From Candidatus Aminicenantes bacterium (GTDB lineage Bacteria > Acidobacteriota > Aminicenantia > Aminicenantales > Aminicenantaceae), in the NCBI GenBank assembly GCA_016783445.1, contig JADHWO010000001.1:21596-85595 (forward strand): 64,000 nt of DNA. The letters run 5' to 3'. Numbering within the stretch: position 1 is the stretch's first letter; every line of letters starts with the position of its first letter. The notes beneath the pieces were generated by a model, which was not told where the DNA came from, did no database searches, and saw only the letters and a program-made list of their open reading frames with translations. The position numbers and the translations under genes were made by a program. Below are positions 30,782 through 41,592 of the stretch, one piece after another.

Positions 30782-31531
30782 ATGTCAGGGCATTCAAAAT
30801 GGCATTCTATAAAATATAAAAAAGCTGCTCAGGATACCAAAAGAGGGAAATTATTCACAAAGATCATCCGAGAATTATCTGTAGCCGCACGGATTGGCGG
30901 CGGAGAGCCGGATACTAATCCAAGGTTAAGAAAATCTATCGCTGATGCTAAAACCGTAAACATGCCGGCTGATAACATTAAAAGAGCCATCATGAAAGGC
31001 ACAGGTCAGTTAGAAGGTGTAAGCTACGAAGAGACTGCCTATGAAGGATATGGTGCTGGCGGCGTGGCAATCTATGTAGAAGTTCTATCCGATAATAAAA
31101 ACAGAACAATCTCTGAGTTAAGGCATGTCTTTTCTAAAAACAATGGGCGCATCGGCGAATCTGGATGTGTTGCCTGGATGTTCAAGCGTAAAGGGTACAT
31201 CGTTATAGAAAAAGAAAAAGCCTCAGAGGACGACATCCTGAATGTGATTCTGGATTCAGGAGCAGAGGATTTAATGGAAGACGGCAGCAACTATGAAGTT
31301 TTTACTCCACCGGAAAACTATGAAACTGTAGTTAATGCCCTGAAAGAACACAATATAGAACTAGCTGCTTCCAACCTGGGCTATATCCCTCAGAATTATG
31401 TTAAACTTGAGGGGAAGCAAGCCCAGCAGCTCCTCAAGCTCATGGAAGAATTAGAGGATCACGATGATGTTCAGCATGTCTGGGCCAACTTTGACATCGA
31501 TGAAGAGGAAATTGCCAAATTTTCTGGTTAA
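30782..31531 (+). CDS. yebC: YebC/PmpR family DNA-binding regulator
   Basis: MSGHSKWHSIKYKKAAQDTKRGKLF is the canonical N-terminus. Confidence 0.95.
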   Translation: MSGHSKWHSIKYKKAAQDTKRGKLFTKIIRELSVAARIGGGEPDTNPRLRKSIADAKTVNMPADNIKRAIMKGTGQLEGVSYEETAYEGYGAGGVAIYVEVLSDNKNRTISELRHVFSKNNGRIGESGCVAWMFKRKGYIVIEKEKASEDDILNVILDSGAEDLMEDGSNYEVFTPPENYETVVNALKEHNIELAASNLGYIPQNYVKLEGKQAQQLLKLMEELEDHDDVQHVWANFDIDEEEIAKFSG

Positions 31532-31543
31532 AAAATAACTTTG

Positions 31544-32038
31544 ATGCGGGTTCTTGGAATTGATCCCAGTCTTCAATCTACAGGATTTGGCATCATTGAA
31601 TTCTCCAATAACACTTACACAGTCCTGAGTTGCGGAACTATCAAGCCTTCCCGCAGCCAGCTTTTGCATCATAAAATAAACAAAATAAAATTACGTCTGG
31701 AAGAATTAATTAAGAATTATGAGCCTGAGGAAGTAGCCATAGAAAATCCTTTTTTCGCCCGGAACATCAAAACTGCTATAACTCTCGGCCAGGTGAGAGG
31801 TGCAGCCCTTGTAGCTGTGGCTTCCCATAATTGTACGCTTTTTGAGTATTCTCCTCTGGAAATAAAAAAAGCAGTTACGGGTTATGGTCAGGCTGATAAA
31901 AATCAGGTTAGGATCATGATCAAAACACTCCTTAACATTAAGGATGAAAATTTAGAGACAGACGCTTCGGACGCCCTAGCAACCGCTTTCTGTCATTTAA
32001 ACTTGAGAACCTTTTTTCAAAAAATAAAGGAATCATAA
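31544..32038 (+). CDS. ruvC: Holliday junction resolvase RuvC
   Basis: MRVLGIDPSLQSTGFGII, AIENPFF, ETDASDALA. ATG at 31544 preferred over the track TTG at 31541. Confidence 0.93.
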   Translation: MRVLGIDPSLQSTGFGIIEFSNNTYTVLSCGTIKPSRSQLLHHKINKIKLRLEELIKNYEPEEVAIENPFFARNIKTAITLGQVRGAALVAVASHNCTLFEYSPLEIKKAVTGYGQADKNQVRIMIKTLLNIKDENLETDASDALATAFCHLNLRTFFQKIKES

Positions 32039-32056
32039 ATAAAGAGAAAAAAGAGG

Positions 32057-32644
32057 ATGATTGCTTATCTTAAAGGAAACCTGATTAAAAAGTCTCCCAA
32101 TTATGTTATTCTTGACATCAGCGGCGTCGGATATCGTGCCTGGATCCCCCTTTCCACTTATTTAAACATTGGGAATCTCAATGAAGTCGTGGGGCTTTTT
32201 ATCTACACTCACCTCACCGATAATTCTCTTTCCCTGTATGGATTCTCCACTGAAGAAGAAAAAGATATCTTTCTAAAATTAATCAGCATCTCAGGAATAG
32301 GTCCAAAGTTAGCCTTGAATATTCTCTCTGGGATAGGAGCTTCAGACCTTGAAGAAGCAATCAGGCAAAGCGATGTGGATCGTATATCTCTTATTCCTGG
32401 CATCGGGAAAAAAACAGCCTTAAGAATCGCCCTCGAACTCCAGGAAAAACTTGAAAAAAAAGAAAAAGTCCTGGCAGCTAAGGGCTCCCAGGAAAAAGAA
32501 GATTTAATATCAGCACTTATGAACCTTGGTTTTAAAAGAAAAGAAATTGAAACGATAGTGAATGAGGCAATAAAAACATATGGCCTTAAAGCTGGCTTTG
32601 AAACACTTCTCAGAGAAAGCTTGAAAAGAATGGCTAAAGTATGA
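32057..32644 (+). CDS. ruvA: Holliday junction branch migration protein RuvA
   Basis: MIAYLKGNL, HhH motifs [10 protein letters not shown] and IPGIGKKTA. Confidence 0.93.
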   Translation: MIAYLKGNLIKKSPNYVILDISGVGYRAWIPLSTYLNIGNLNEVVGLFIYTHLTDNSLSLYGFSTEEEKDIFLKLISISGIGPKLALNILSGIGASDLEEAIRQSDVDRISLIPGIGKKTALRIALELQEKLEKKEKVLAAKGSQEKEDLISALMNLGFKRKEIETIVNEAIKTYGLKAGFETLLRESLKRMAKV

Positions 32645-33681
32645 GAAAAGAAGAGAAGATGGAAGCAGTAGTTACTCCGGTCAGAACAAAAGAAGACCTC
32701 CTTTTTGAAGACAGTCTCCGGCCCAGGAGCTTTAAAGAATTCGTAGGGCAGGAAACCGTTAAGTCAAACTTAAAAATCTTCATTGAAGCTGCTCAAAAAA
32801 GAGATGAACATCTTGATCATGTTCTCCTTTATGGCCCCCCTGGACTGGGAAAGACCAGCCTTGCCTACCTCATTGCCAGAGAATTGGGAGTAGGTATCAA
32901 ACCCACATCAGGACCTGTCATTGAAAGGACAGGCGATCTCTCTGCCATCCTTTCCAATTTACAATTAAAAGAAATCTTTTTTATTGATGAGATCCACCGC
33001 CTCCACCCCTCTGTGGAAGAAATTCTCTATTCAGCCATGGAAGACTTCAGACTGGATATCGTTATCGGCCAGGGACCAGGCGCTCGAAGCCACAAACTAC
33101 ATCTAAAAAAATTCACCCTGATCGGGGCTACAACCCGTGCAGGACGGATAACTCCTCCATTGAGAGGAAGATTCGGCATCATTTACCGTCTCGATTATTA
33201 TGAAAATGAAGACTTAAGAAAGATTATCGAAAGGTCTGCTTCTATTCTTAAAGTTGCGATAGACGGTAAAGGCGCTGAACAAATCGCTCTTCGCTCCCGG
33301 GGAACCCCAAGAGTCGCCAACAGGTTGTTAAGACGGGTAAGAGACTATGCAGATGTAAAGGGCACTGGAAAAATTACAGCAAATGAAGCAACAACCTCTT
33401 TGGATAAAATGGAAGTCGATTCCCTTGGTCTGGACGAAGTGGACAGAAAAATGCTTATGACTATTATTGAAAACTTCAGCGGAGGCCCGGTGGGCATCAA
33501 TACGATTGCCGCGGCAATCGATGAAGAAAAGGACACGATTGAATCTATCTACGAGCCCTTTCTGATGCGTATAGGTTTCCTCGAGCGAACAACCCGCGGT
33601 CGTAAAGTAACACAAAAAGCCTATGACCATCTGGGACTGAAGCACTCCTCTTCTCCCCAAAAAAATCTATTTAAAGAGTAG
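32641..33681 (+). CDS. ruvB: Holliday junction DNA helicase RuvB
   Basis: [12 protein letters not shown], Walker [36 protein letters not shown]. Confidence 0.95.
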   Translation: MRKEEKMEAVVTPVRTKEDLLFEDSLRPRSFKEFVGQETVKSNLKIFIEAAQKRDEHLDHVLLYGPPGLGKTSLAYLIARELGVGIKPTSGPVIERTGDLSAILSNLQLKEIFFIDEIHRLHPSVEEILYSAMEDFRLDIVIGQGPGARSHKLHLKKFTLIGATTRAGRITPPLRGRFGIIYRLDYYENEDLRKIIERSASILKVAIDGKGAEQIALRSRGTPRVANRLLRRVRDYADVKGTGKITANEATTSLDKMEVDSLGLDEVDRKMLMTIIENFSGGPVGINTIAAAIDEEKDTIESIYEPFLMRIGFLERTTRGRKVTQKAYDHLGLKHSSSPQKNLFKE

Positions 33682-33697
33682 TTGGCGTCTAATCCAG

Positions 33698-34729
33698 ATG
33701 CTTACAGCTGACTTTGACTACAAACTTCCATTTGAGCTTATCGCACAAAAACCACTTCTAAAAAGAGAACAGTCCAGGATGATGGTACTCCACCGCAAAA
33801 AAGGAGAAATTTTCCATTCTTTATTTAAAGAATTTCCGGATTATCTAAACAAAGGAGACGTTCTTGTTCTTAACAACACAAAAGTATTACCAGCAAGAGC
33901 TTGGGGAAAGAAAGAGAAGAGAGAAATTGAATTTCTCTTCCTGAAGGAATACAAGAAAGGTCTGTGGGAAGTCCTCTGCCGGCCAGCCAAAAAGGTAAAA
34001 TCCGGCGATATAATCTCATTTTCCCCTGAATTAAAAGGAAAAATAGTAAAAGTTGAACCTGAAGGAAGAAGAAAAATTCAATTTTCGACAGAAGACATAC
34101 TTTCAAATCTTAAAAAAATTGGATTTGCGCCCCTTCCCCCTTATATCAAACGCAAAAAGAAAAATTCTGAACTCAGGGCGCTGGATCTGGAAAGATACCA
34201 GACTGTATTTGCCCAAAGGGAAGGAGCTATAGCTGCTCCTACAGCTGGCCTTCACTTCACTCCTCAAATTCTTGAAAGAATCAAGACAAAGGGTGCTTTA
34301 ATTACACAAATATCACTCGATGTGGGACTGGCAACCTTCCAGCCAGTGAGAGCTAAACGGATTAAAAACCACAAAATGCTTGAAGAAACATTCTCCATCA
34401 GCCCAGCAGTATCTCAAATAATAAACAAGGCAAAAAAAGATACACGGCCAGTCACAGCCGTGGGAACAACATCTGTCCGTACCTTAGAGAGCGCTTTTAT
34501 AAATGGAGAAATCCATTCTGGGGAAGGCACAACAAAACTCTTTATTTATCCAGGATATGAATTTAAAGTAGCAGACCGGCTTTTAACTAATTTCCACCTT
34601 CCCAGATCAACTCTATTGATGATGGTAGCAGCTTTTGCCGGCCTTGATTTAATTAAAAAAGCCTACCAGGAAGCGATTCACAAAAAGTACAGGTTTTACA
34701 GCTACGGCGACTGCATGCTTATTCTATAA
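33698..34729 (+). CDS. queA: S-adenosylmethionine:tRNA ribosyltransferase-isomerase
   Basis: FDYKLPFELIAQKP, LPPYIKR, GAIAAPTAGLHFT, YRFYSYGDCMLI. Confidence 0.95.
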   Translation: MLTADFDYKLPFELIAQKPLLKREQSRMMVLHRKKGEIFHSLFKEFPDYLNKGDVLVLNNTKVLPARAWGKKEKREIEFLFLKEYKKGLWEVLCRPAKKVKSGDIISFSPELKGKIVKVEPEGRRKIQFSTEDILSNLKKIGFAPLPPYIKRKKKNSELRALDLERYQTVFAQREGAIAAPTAGLHFTPQILERIKTKGALITQISLDVGLATFQPVRAKRIKNHKMLEETFSISPAVSQIINKAKKDTRPVTAVGTTSVRTLESAFINGEIHSGEGTTKLFIYPGYEFKVADRLLTNFHLPRSTLLMMVAAFAGLDLIKKAYQEAIHKKYRFYSYGDCMLIL

Positions 34730-34769
34730 ATAAAATAGTTGAATTGATTTATTTCGAGGCTTTTTTATC

Positions 34770-35555
34770 TTAAAACAAGTCAAGTCCGCCAGGTAAATGA
34801 ATTATTTTTTTCGTATAACCTTTGGGAACAGAATAAGTACCAGGTGGTGCCGGTTTTTCTGCAATTTCCAGACTTTGTGATTCAACCTTTATCTCGGAGC
34901 CAAATATATTAATCGTAATTTCAGCAGCAACTTGAAATCCATCCATTTTGTCCAATTTTTCCAGCTCTTTTATTGAATTCTCATCTACATTTATAATTCC
35001 TAAAATAAATTTCCCGAAAAATTCACTCAATCCCTCTGTATAACTTTTATAATTAAAAGGGATATCTTTAGTCGTCCATAACTTGATCTTATATTTTGGC
35101 ATTATACCTAATGCCGGAATCGCAAAAACCATCTCAAACTCACTCGAGAAACAATCCCAATTTGCGATCTTTTTCTTTTCACCGGTGAGATTGACCTTAG
35201 CATCGGTTATTTTTATTGACTCTACAACTTCAGCAGCCTTCGGATTTAAACCCAAGAGGAGCTCTAGAAGTTTTTCTCTATCGAAGGAGGTCGGGAACAC
35301 ATAATAATCTTTTAGCTTGTGAATGATGAAATATATTTTATCTTTGTCATAATCAACAATAATACTATACTCTTTACCAAATTGGGCAAACTTGTTTTTT
35401 CCAAGCCACTGCTCTTTGATCTCTACTTTTTCAGGTTGTTTTTTTCCCATCAATTCAAACGCTTCTGTTCGTTCCATATTTTTCACATAAATATCTGCGC
35501 CTAAAAATGAAGATACAAACAAAACCAGAGTTAAAACTAAAAATAATTTTTTCAT
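34770..35555 (-). CDS. Secreted hypothetical protein (DUF4412-like is a guess)
   Basis: Signal peptide MKKLFLVLTLVLFVSSFLGA. Last gene of the sigma/anti-sigma operon on the minus strand. Confidence 0.5.
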   Translation of the reverse strand: MKKLFLVLTLVLFVSSFLGADIYVKNMERTEAFELMGKKQPEKVEIKEQWLGKNKFAQFGKEYSIIVDYDKDKIYFIIHKLKDYYVFPTSFDREKLLELLLGLNPKAAEVVESIKITDAKVNLTGEKKKIANWDCFSSEFEMVFAIPALGIMPKYKIKLWTTKDIPFNYKSYTEGLSEFFGKFILGIINVDENSIKELEKLDKMDGFQVAAEITINIFGSEIKVESQSLEIAEKPAPPGTYSVPKGYTKKIIHLPGGLDLF

Positions 35556-35633
35556 TGTTCTCTCCTTATGTTATTTTTCTTACCGTTTTAAACATTTAAT
35601 GCCTTTATTAAACATTTCCTCTCTATACTTGCA

Positions 35634-36356
35634 CTACTTTAAGTGTTCTATATGGTGAACAAGGGCTAATGCAACTTCCACAAGAGGAGAAGTTTGTTCT
35701 GAAAGGGACTGGGCAAGCTCTTCCTTAACAATAGAAAAACCGGGAAAGAGATAAGGATCATCAAGGGTAGCCATACGTGTATAAATATCGGTATCACTCC
35801 CTATAGTTCGGAGGATAGATGCCAGCGTTCCTTCATCGGGCTGTTCCCCTCTAGAATTTAAACCCACTGCTTTTAGCCGTTCGTTCAGAGATTCCTGCCG
35901 AAGCAGAGAAAGTGCTGCGATCTGGCGAATTTGAAGTACTTCCTGCCTAAGCTCGGCAATCTCCCCACCTCTCTGCCAGCTTGAATGGAAAAAATACCCA
36001 GCTGCTAAACCTACAACCAGAAGTAAAAGAGCAAATGAAAATTGAAAAACAGGTCTTCTCGGCATCCAGCGTTCGACCCAGCCAACCAGGAGTTTCCCAA
36101 GATGGAACCGTTCTTTTTCCTGTTCTAGACTTTTTTTGTATTTCTCGAGCGTGGCATAAAATCGAGTGCGCATATTGTTGCTGGGTTGTTCTTCCGGGAG
36201 CACCCCCAGCTTTGCCCAGATTGCACTCAAGGTTTCCAATTCCTCCCTGCATGAGTTACAAACGGTTACATGTTCCTGGATACCTTTACGTTTGATTTCG
36301 TCTATCTCTCCGATTAAAAAATCGGAAAATTTTTCTTTTATTTGATTACATTTCAC
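35634..36356 (-). CDS. Membrane anti-sigma factor (zf-HC2 type)
   Basis: QEHVTVCNSCREEL motif and TM segment FQFSFALLLLVVGLAAGYFF. Overlaps the upstream sigma gene by 4 nt. Confidence 0.7.
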   Translation of the reverse strand: MKCNQIKEKFSDFLIGEIDEIKRKGIQEHVTVCNSCREELETLSAIWAKLGVLPEEQPSNNMRTRFYATLEKYKKSLEQEKERFHLGKLLVGWVERWMPRRPVFQFSFALLLLVVGLAAGYFFHSSWQRGGEIAELRQEVLQIRQIAALSLLRQESLNERLKAVGLNSRGEQPDEGTLASILRTIGSDTDIYTRMATLDDPYLFPGFSIVKEELAQSLSEQTSPLVEVALALVHHIEHLK

Positions 36357-36910
36357 GATGCCACACCTCCTGAAAGCTCAAGATAAGCTTTCCCTAATTC
36401 TTTAATCGCCCGGTGAACGAGAACTTTCACCGTTCCTATTCGGCAGCCAAAGAGCTCTGCAATTTCTTTATACTTTAGATCTTGGAAACGGCTGAGGATT
36501 AAGGCCTCACGTTTTTTTAATGGCAGCTTGGCCAGCGCCTGGCTCAGCCGTAAAATCTCCTGTGCCTGCTCTGCTTTTTCTGGGGGTAAAGGCTCCTGAC
36601 TGGCAATTTTATCTAATTGCTCATCAAGCAAGACTATGTCTTTTCTTTTTCTCAGGTAATCAATATGGGTGTTCCTGGCGATTTTATAAAGCCAGATTGT
36701 GAACTTATCCTGGCCCTGGTAGGAAGAGCGATACTTCAGTACACGGATAAATACATCCTGGACCAAATCTTCGCTTAAACTTCTGTTGTAAGTTAACCGG
36801 AGAAAAAAATTATAAAGCATTACATGATACCTTTCAAAAATTATTGCCAGTCTCTCAACCTTTCCATCTCTGACTTGTTCCATCAGATGATTATCTGTAG
36901 CATTATTCAC
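36353..36910 (-). CDS. ECF (sigma-70 family) RNA polymerase sigma factor
   Basis: DLVQDVFIRVL, IWLYKIARNTHIDYLRK, REALILSRFQDLKYKEIAELFGCRIGTVKVLVHRA. Confidence 0.9.
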   Translation of the reverse strand: MNNATDNHLMEQVRDGKVERLAIIFERYHVMLYNFFLRLTYNRSLSEDLVQDVFIRVLKYRSSYQGQDKFTIWLYKIARNTHIDYLRKRKDIVLLDEQLDKIASQEPLPPEKAEQAQEILRLSQALAKLPLKKREALILSRFQDLKYKEIAELFGCRIGTVKVLVHRAIKELGKAYLELSGGVAS

Positions 36911-37106
36911 AAGTACTATTCCTTATTTTGTCCTATTCAATAGATAAGACTTGATTTCCATAAAAAGGTTACACAAAAATGGTAAATTTGGCTATTTTTT
37001 TCTTGAGAGGAAAAAAATAGGAATTGGGACTCCTTAATTCTCCTTTGACTTGTTGAGGCGAATTATTACTTTTTTTATTTTTTGTGTGATCTGTATGAGC
37101 GCCCGG

Positions 37107-37472
37107 TTATATCCAAACCTCTTCTTCCTTCGTCAAATCGCCACCTGCATCGCCAGTGTTTACCGTACCTGCAGGCTCAACCAGCATAATTTTACATTCG
37201 TTTTTGGCAAAAGGTTTGTGCTCTACTCCCTTTGGCACTACAAACATCTCTCCTGTTTTTAAGTCAACCTTATTGTCACGGAAATCGATGCACATTTCTC
37301 CGTCAAGAACTATAAAAGCCTCATCAGTATTTGCATGCTTATGCCAGATAAAATCTCCCTGAAATTTAACCAATTTAAAAAAATACTCGTTCATCTGGGC
37401 AATGATTTTCGGCGATAGATGCTCTGAAAACTTGTCAAATTTTTCTTTAAAGTTTATCACTGAATATTTCAT
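37107..37472 (-). CDS. Small cupin-domain protein
   Basis: [18 protein letters not shown]...[14 protein letters not shown] are cupin motifs 1 and 2. Confidence 0.8.
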   Translation of the reverse strand: MKYSVINFKEKFDKFSEHLSPKIIAQMNEYFFKLVKFQGDFIWHKHANTDEAFIVLDGEMCIDFRDNKVDLKTGEMFVVPKGVEHKPFAKNECKIMLVEPAGTVNTGDAGGDLTKEEEVWI

Positions 37473-37568
37473 ATAATCCTCCAGAATTCCCCAAAATTAT
37501 TTGTGGAGTTCCAAATTATAAATCCGTGTTATGAGTTAAAAGGAAACGTAACAATTAGCCAGCTGGGA

Positions 37569-39302
37569 TCACTTTAATTTTTTCCTCAGTTTTTTCGTCT
37601 CTTCAATATTCACTTCAAGAGTTTCTGGATTAATTATCACTCCATAATCTTTTTTTGCTTGTTTTAGACTAATAATCCCATTCTTCACTTCTTTGCCCAC
37701 ATTAGCTGGATCCCTGAGATAAGGGCTGCCGTATCCTCCTCCACCTCCAGCCTGCTGAAAAAGAATTGTTCCAGAGGAGACATTCTCAATCAGGTCTTTG
37801 CTTGTCGCCTTATACACTTTGCCATCTGGATAGCGAAGCTCAATCTTATTTAATGTCGCTCTCTTTCCTTCAAAAAGCCCAAAAGGAGGCTCAACATCTC
37901 CATCGCCAAAAGTCACTACCTTTGTGTTTTCTCCTCCAATTTTAAACTTAGTCTCAACACCAAGTCCTCCTCTCCACTGACCAGCCCCTGCAGAATCAGG
38001 CCAATATTCATGTTTTAATAATAAATGTGGAGTCTGCTGTTCAAACATCTCATAGTCCTGGTCCAATACTCCTCCAGAGGCATCTATCATACCGATGTGG
38101 TCATATCCATCCACTCCAGAAGTAGCACCCGAACCTCCTTTTAATCCCAGAAAACCTATATCCACATAACTATCCTTTTTTCTGGGATCATATCCGCTCA
38201 TCAGATAACACAACAGCTGGTTCCATCCTGCAGTGACTCTTTCAGGTATCGCCTGGGACAGGGCTCTGATTATCGCATCGGCATTTGGAGGGCATAGATG
38301 ATTTCCAAAAGTAGTTGCAGCCGGATATTTAGCATTTAAAATTGTGCCTTCCGGAATTACGATCTTTACGGGCCTTACCATCCCATCATTATGAGGCATA
38401 TCAGGATTAACCATCTGAAGGAAGGTTAAAAGAGTGGCGCTCGCAGAGGAGGTGTATGTGCCATTGACAAAACCATCGGTCTGAGGATCTGTATCTGAAT
38501 AATCAAAAGTGATCTCCTCATCTTTTACAGTTATTTTTACCCTTATTTTGTATTTAGATCCGGGTGTTCTCCCGTCATAGTAGACAGTAGATTCTCCTTC
38601 GTAGACTCCATTGGGTATTGTCTTTATCTCAGCGCGCATCATCTTCTCTGTGGAATCAAAAAGGTGTTCTTTATGAGATTCAAAAACTTCGAGCCCATAT
38701 TTTTCTGCCAGCTTTAATACTCCTCTTTCGCCCACAACACAAGAACCTATCTGAGCTCTCATATCAGCAGCAACAATATCAAAACGGATATTTGCGAATA
38801 TAAGGTCCCATACATCCTTTCTCAATTTTCCGCGTTCATAAACTTTAACTGGTGGAATCCTGAGTGTCTCCTGCCATACTTCAGTGGCTTTGGGATTATA
38901 TCCTCCTGCAACCGGACCGCCAATATCTGCTTGATGTCCTTTCGCAGCAGACCATGCTAAAAGCTTATCCTTGTAAAATATTGGTTTGTAAACAGCAACA
39001 TCATTGTTCTGATTGCCCATGGAGAAAACATCGTTATGAAATATGATATCACCTGGATATATTTCGTCGCCAAAATACTCAACAATATACTCGCACACAG
39101 GTCCAAGAGAAAAAGAGAGGATAGGAAGATTCTCTGTCTGTTCAAGCATCTTCCCCTTTCCGTCATAAAGTCCGGTAACAAAATCTTTAGCTTCGCAGAG
39201 GATTGGTGACCTGGTCGTCTTTGTCAGGGTGATGCTCATCTCTTCAGTTATTGATTTAAATCTCCTCTGAAATACGGAAACCAGTATTTTATCTATCTTC
39301 AT
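37569..39302 (-). CDS. hyuB: Hydantoinase B/oxoprolinase family protein (HyuB-type subunit)
   Basis: 577 aa. N-terminal helix pattern ILVSVFQRRFKSITEEMSITLTKTTRSPILCEAKDF and C-terminal GGGGYGSP are typical of Hydantoinase_B. Confidence 0.88.
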   Translation of the reverse strand: MKIDKILVSVFQRRFKSITEEMSITLTKTTRSPILCEAKDFVTGLYDGKGKMLEQTENLPILSFSLGPVCEYIVEYFGDEIYPGDIIFHNDVFSMGNQNNDVAVYKPIFYKDKLLAWSAAKGHQADIGGPVAGGYNPKATEVWQETLRIPPVKVYERGKLRKDVWDLIFANIRFDIVAADMRAQIGSCVVGERGVLKLAEKYGLEVFESHKEHLFDSTEKMMRAEIKTIPNGVYEGESTVYYDGRTPGSKYKIRVKITVKDEEITFDYSDTDPQTDGFVNGTYTSSASATLLTFLQMVNPDMPHNDGMVRPVKIVIPEGTILNAKYPAATTFGNHLCPPNADAIIRALSQAIPERVTAGWNQLLCYLMSGYDPRKKDSYVDIGFLGLKGGSGATSGVDGYDHIGMIDASGGVLDQDYEMFEQQTPHLLLKHEYWPDSAGAGQWRGGLGVETKFKIGGENTKVVTFGDGDVEPPFGLFEGKRATLNKIELRYPDGKVYKATSKDLIENVSSGTILFQQAGGGGGYGSPYLRDPANVGKEVKNGIISLKQAKKDYGVIINPETLEVNIEETKKLRKKLK

Positions 39303-39395
39303 TTTATGAGCCGTTATTTCATTTTACATTAATCTGCTTTCGCCTTACTGTATATAATATGAAGAGATAACACTCCTTTCTGTAGCATTTCAACC

Positions 39396-39462
39396 GTGGG
39401 CTTGATGAATCAAGCCCCTACAGTTCTCTCCATATATAGGTTTGATAAATCAAATCCCTACA
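39396..39462. repeat. Two adjacent REP-like hairpins (copies 1 and 2) in the hyuA-hyuB spacer
   Basis: GGGCTTGA-TGAA-TCAAGCCC at 39398-39417 followed by CTACA. AGGTTTGATAAATCAAATCCCTACA at 39438-39462, which contains the hyuA stop codon. Confidence 0.5.
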
Positions 39463-41582
39463 ATTTTCTTATTAATCTCTCCTTCCTTTGCTTTTAAATA
39501 CATCGTATAACTTCCATATTTATCACAAATAACATTATATTCCGGCGTGATAAAAGTTGTTGTGTTGACCTGTTCAATTATGGCGGGTCCAAAAATTTTA
39601 TTCCCAAATCTCAGCTGATGCCCATTATATACAGGAACCTCTTCAAAGGCTTTCTTAAGTGGCAAATAGACTTTTCTCTTCTTTTTTAAAGCCTTTGATG
39701 AATCTTCCTTATCATATTCTTCCTGTCTGAATTTTGGTTTTTCTGTTTTCCCGATACTTAAAAGGCGAAGATTGATCAATTCAATCGATGTGCCCTCTTC
39801 TTTTAAAGAATATCCATAAAGCCGATTGTGCTCAGGATGAAATTTTAAAACAACAGATTCAATGTCTTCTTTCTCCAGCTCCTCTCTTGTGACCTCCACA
39901 TTCACCTCATGATATTGCTTAACATATCTCATATCCAGAGAATAAACATACTGAATCGATTCTTTAGGAATGTGTTCTGAGGTAAGAAGCTCTGTGGCCT
40001 CTCTCTTCATTTCATGAAATAAAGACCTGAATTTTTGTTTATCTATCTTATTGAGGAGTGTAGAATATGTTCTAACAAAGTTGTGCTTCAAATCTGACAT
40101 TAACATTCCAGCTGCACAGAAAATGGACGATTCTTTAGGAATGATCATAACCGGAATCTCGAGCTCCAGCGCAATCATACAGGCATGAACAGGCCCTGCT
40201 CCACCGGCAACCACAAGCGGAAATTCTCTTGGATCATGCCCGCGCTTGACGCTGACTTCCCGCACTCCAGATGCCATATTGACATTTATAACATGATACA
40301 TCCCGGAAGCGGCCTCAATAACATTCATTCCTAAGGGACCAGCAATTTTTTCTTTTATGGCTTTTTCTGCTCGATCATAATTCAGCGGGATCTTTCCTCC
40401 GGCAAAAAAATCTTTATCCAGATAACCGAGGACAAGATCTGCATCTGTGCAGGTTGGCAACTCACCTCCTAGGTCGTAACATGCTGGGCCTGGTTTTGAC
40501 CCGGCGCTCTGAGGTCCCATCCGCAAAAGCCCACCTTCATCAACCCATCCTATACTGCCGCCTCCAGCTCCAATAGTCACGATTCCCAGCATGGGGAGAG
40601 CTAATCTCAATCTATTTATTTCTCCCTCAGTTGTAACAAGTGGCGTTTTATCCTTAATTAGAGCAGCATCAAAGCTCGTCCCCCCCATATCAATTGTTAG
40701 ACAATCATCATAATCCTGAATAGAAGTATACTCGACCCCAGCCACTGGTCCGGCTGCAGGACCTGAGAGAAGAGTGACTGCCGCCTTGTCCATTGCAACC
40801 TGCGGTGATACAACACCTCCATTGGACTGCATTATGAGCAAAACGCCTTCAAATCCTGCGTCCTTCAATTTCTTAGTAAGGCTTGTAAGATAACTTCTTA
40901 ATATTGGACCAACATAGGAGTTTAAGACAGTTGTTGATATCCGGTCATAAAATCTGATACTCGGTAAAAATTCTGATGAGATCGTCAAATAAACACCTGA
41001 TTCATTAAACCCGCTACCCAATTTTTCCTTAATAATCTCCGCAGCCTTAGACTCGTTAATATCATTAGCAAAAGAATTCATAAAACAGATGGCAACAGCC
41101 TCAATACCTTCTTTTTTAAACCATTCAGCTGCATCCAATACATCTGATTTTTTGAGTTCGGTTAAAATGTCTCCCTTATAATCAAGCCTCTCCTCTACAG
41201 GATATCTCAGGTATCTTGGAACCAGAGGCTCTACGTTTGTATATCTGTTATTATACTGTTCTTCCCTTATTCCCCTTCTCATTTCCAGCGCATCTCTTAA
41301 ACCTTTTGTGGTCAGAAGTCCTGTTTTGGCTCCTTGTCGAGTCAGTACAGCATTTGTAGTAACTGTAGTGCCATGGACAACAGTTTTAACTTTTTTTATA
41401 AAATCTTTTAAAGAGACGTTTTTACCTTTTGCCATCTCCTCAAGGCCATTCATCAAACCTACTGATGGGTCATCCGGCGTAGATAAAACTTTGTATATCT
41501 CTGAACTCCCATCTTTTGAAGTTAGTAAAAAATCCGTAAATGTCCCCCCAACATCTATTCCTATCTTGTATTCCCCGGTCAT
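39450..41582 (-). CDS. hyuA: Hydantoinase A/oxoprolinase family protein (HyuA-type ATPase subunit)
   Basis: 710 aa. YKIGIDVGGTFTDFLL N-terminal ASKHA motif and DMGGTSFD. Confidence 0.9.
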   Translation of the reverse strand: MTGEYKIGIDVGGTFTDFLLTSKDGSSEIYKVLSTPDDPSVGLMNGLEEMAKGKNVSLKDFIKKVKTVVHGTTVTTNAVLTRQGAKTGLLTTKGLRDALEMRRGIREEQYNNRYTNVEPLVPRYLRYPVEERLDYKGDILTELKKSDVLDAAEWFKKEGIEAVAICFMNSFANDINESKAAEIIKEKLGSGFNESGVYLTISSEFLPSIRFYDRISTTVLNSYVGPILRSYLTSLTKKLKDAGFEGVLLIMQSNGGVVSPQVAMDKAAVTLLSGPAAGPVAGVEYTSIQDYDDCLTIDMGGTSFDAALIKDKTPLVTTEGEINRLRLALPMLGIVTIGAGGGSIGWVDEGGLLRMGPQSAGSKPGPACYDLGGELPTCTDADLVLGYLDKDFFAGGKIPLNYDRAEKAIKEKIAGPLGMNVIEAASGMYHVINVNMASGVREVSVKRGHDPREFPLVVAGGAGPVHACMIALELEIPVMIIPKESSIFCAAGMLMSDLKHNFVRTYSTLLNKIDKQKFRSLFHEMKREATELLTSEHIPKESIQYVYSLDMRYVKQYHEVNVEVTREELEKEDIESVVLKFHPEHNRLYGYSLKEEGTSIELINLRLLSIGKTEKPKFRQEEYDKEDSSKALKKKRKVYLPLKKAFEEVPVYNGHQLRFGNKIFGPAIIEQVNTTTFITPEYNVICDKYGSYTMYLKAKEGEINKKIVGI

Positions 41583-41592
41583 TAAACTTTAT

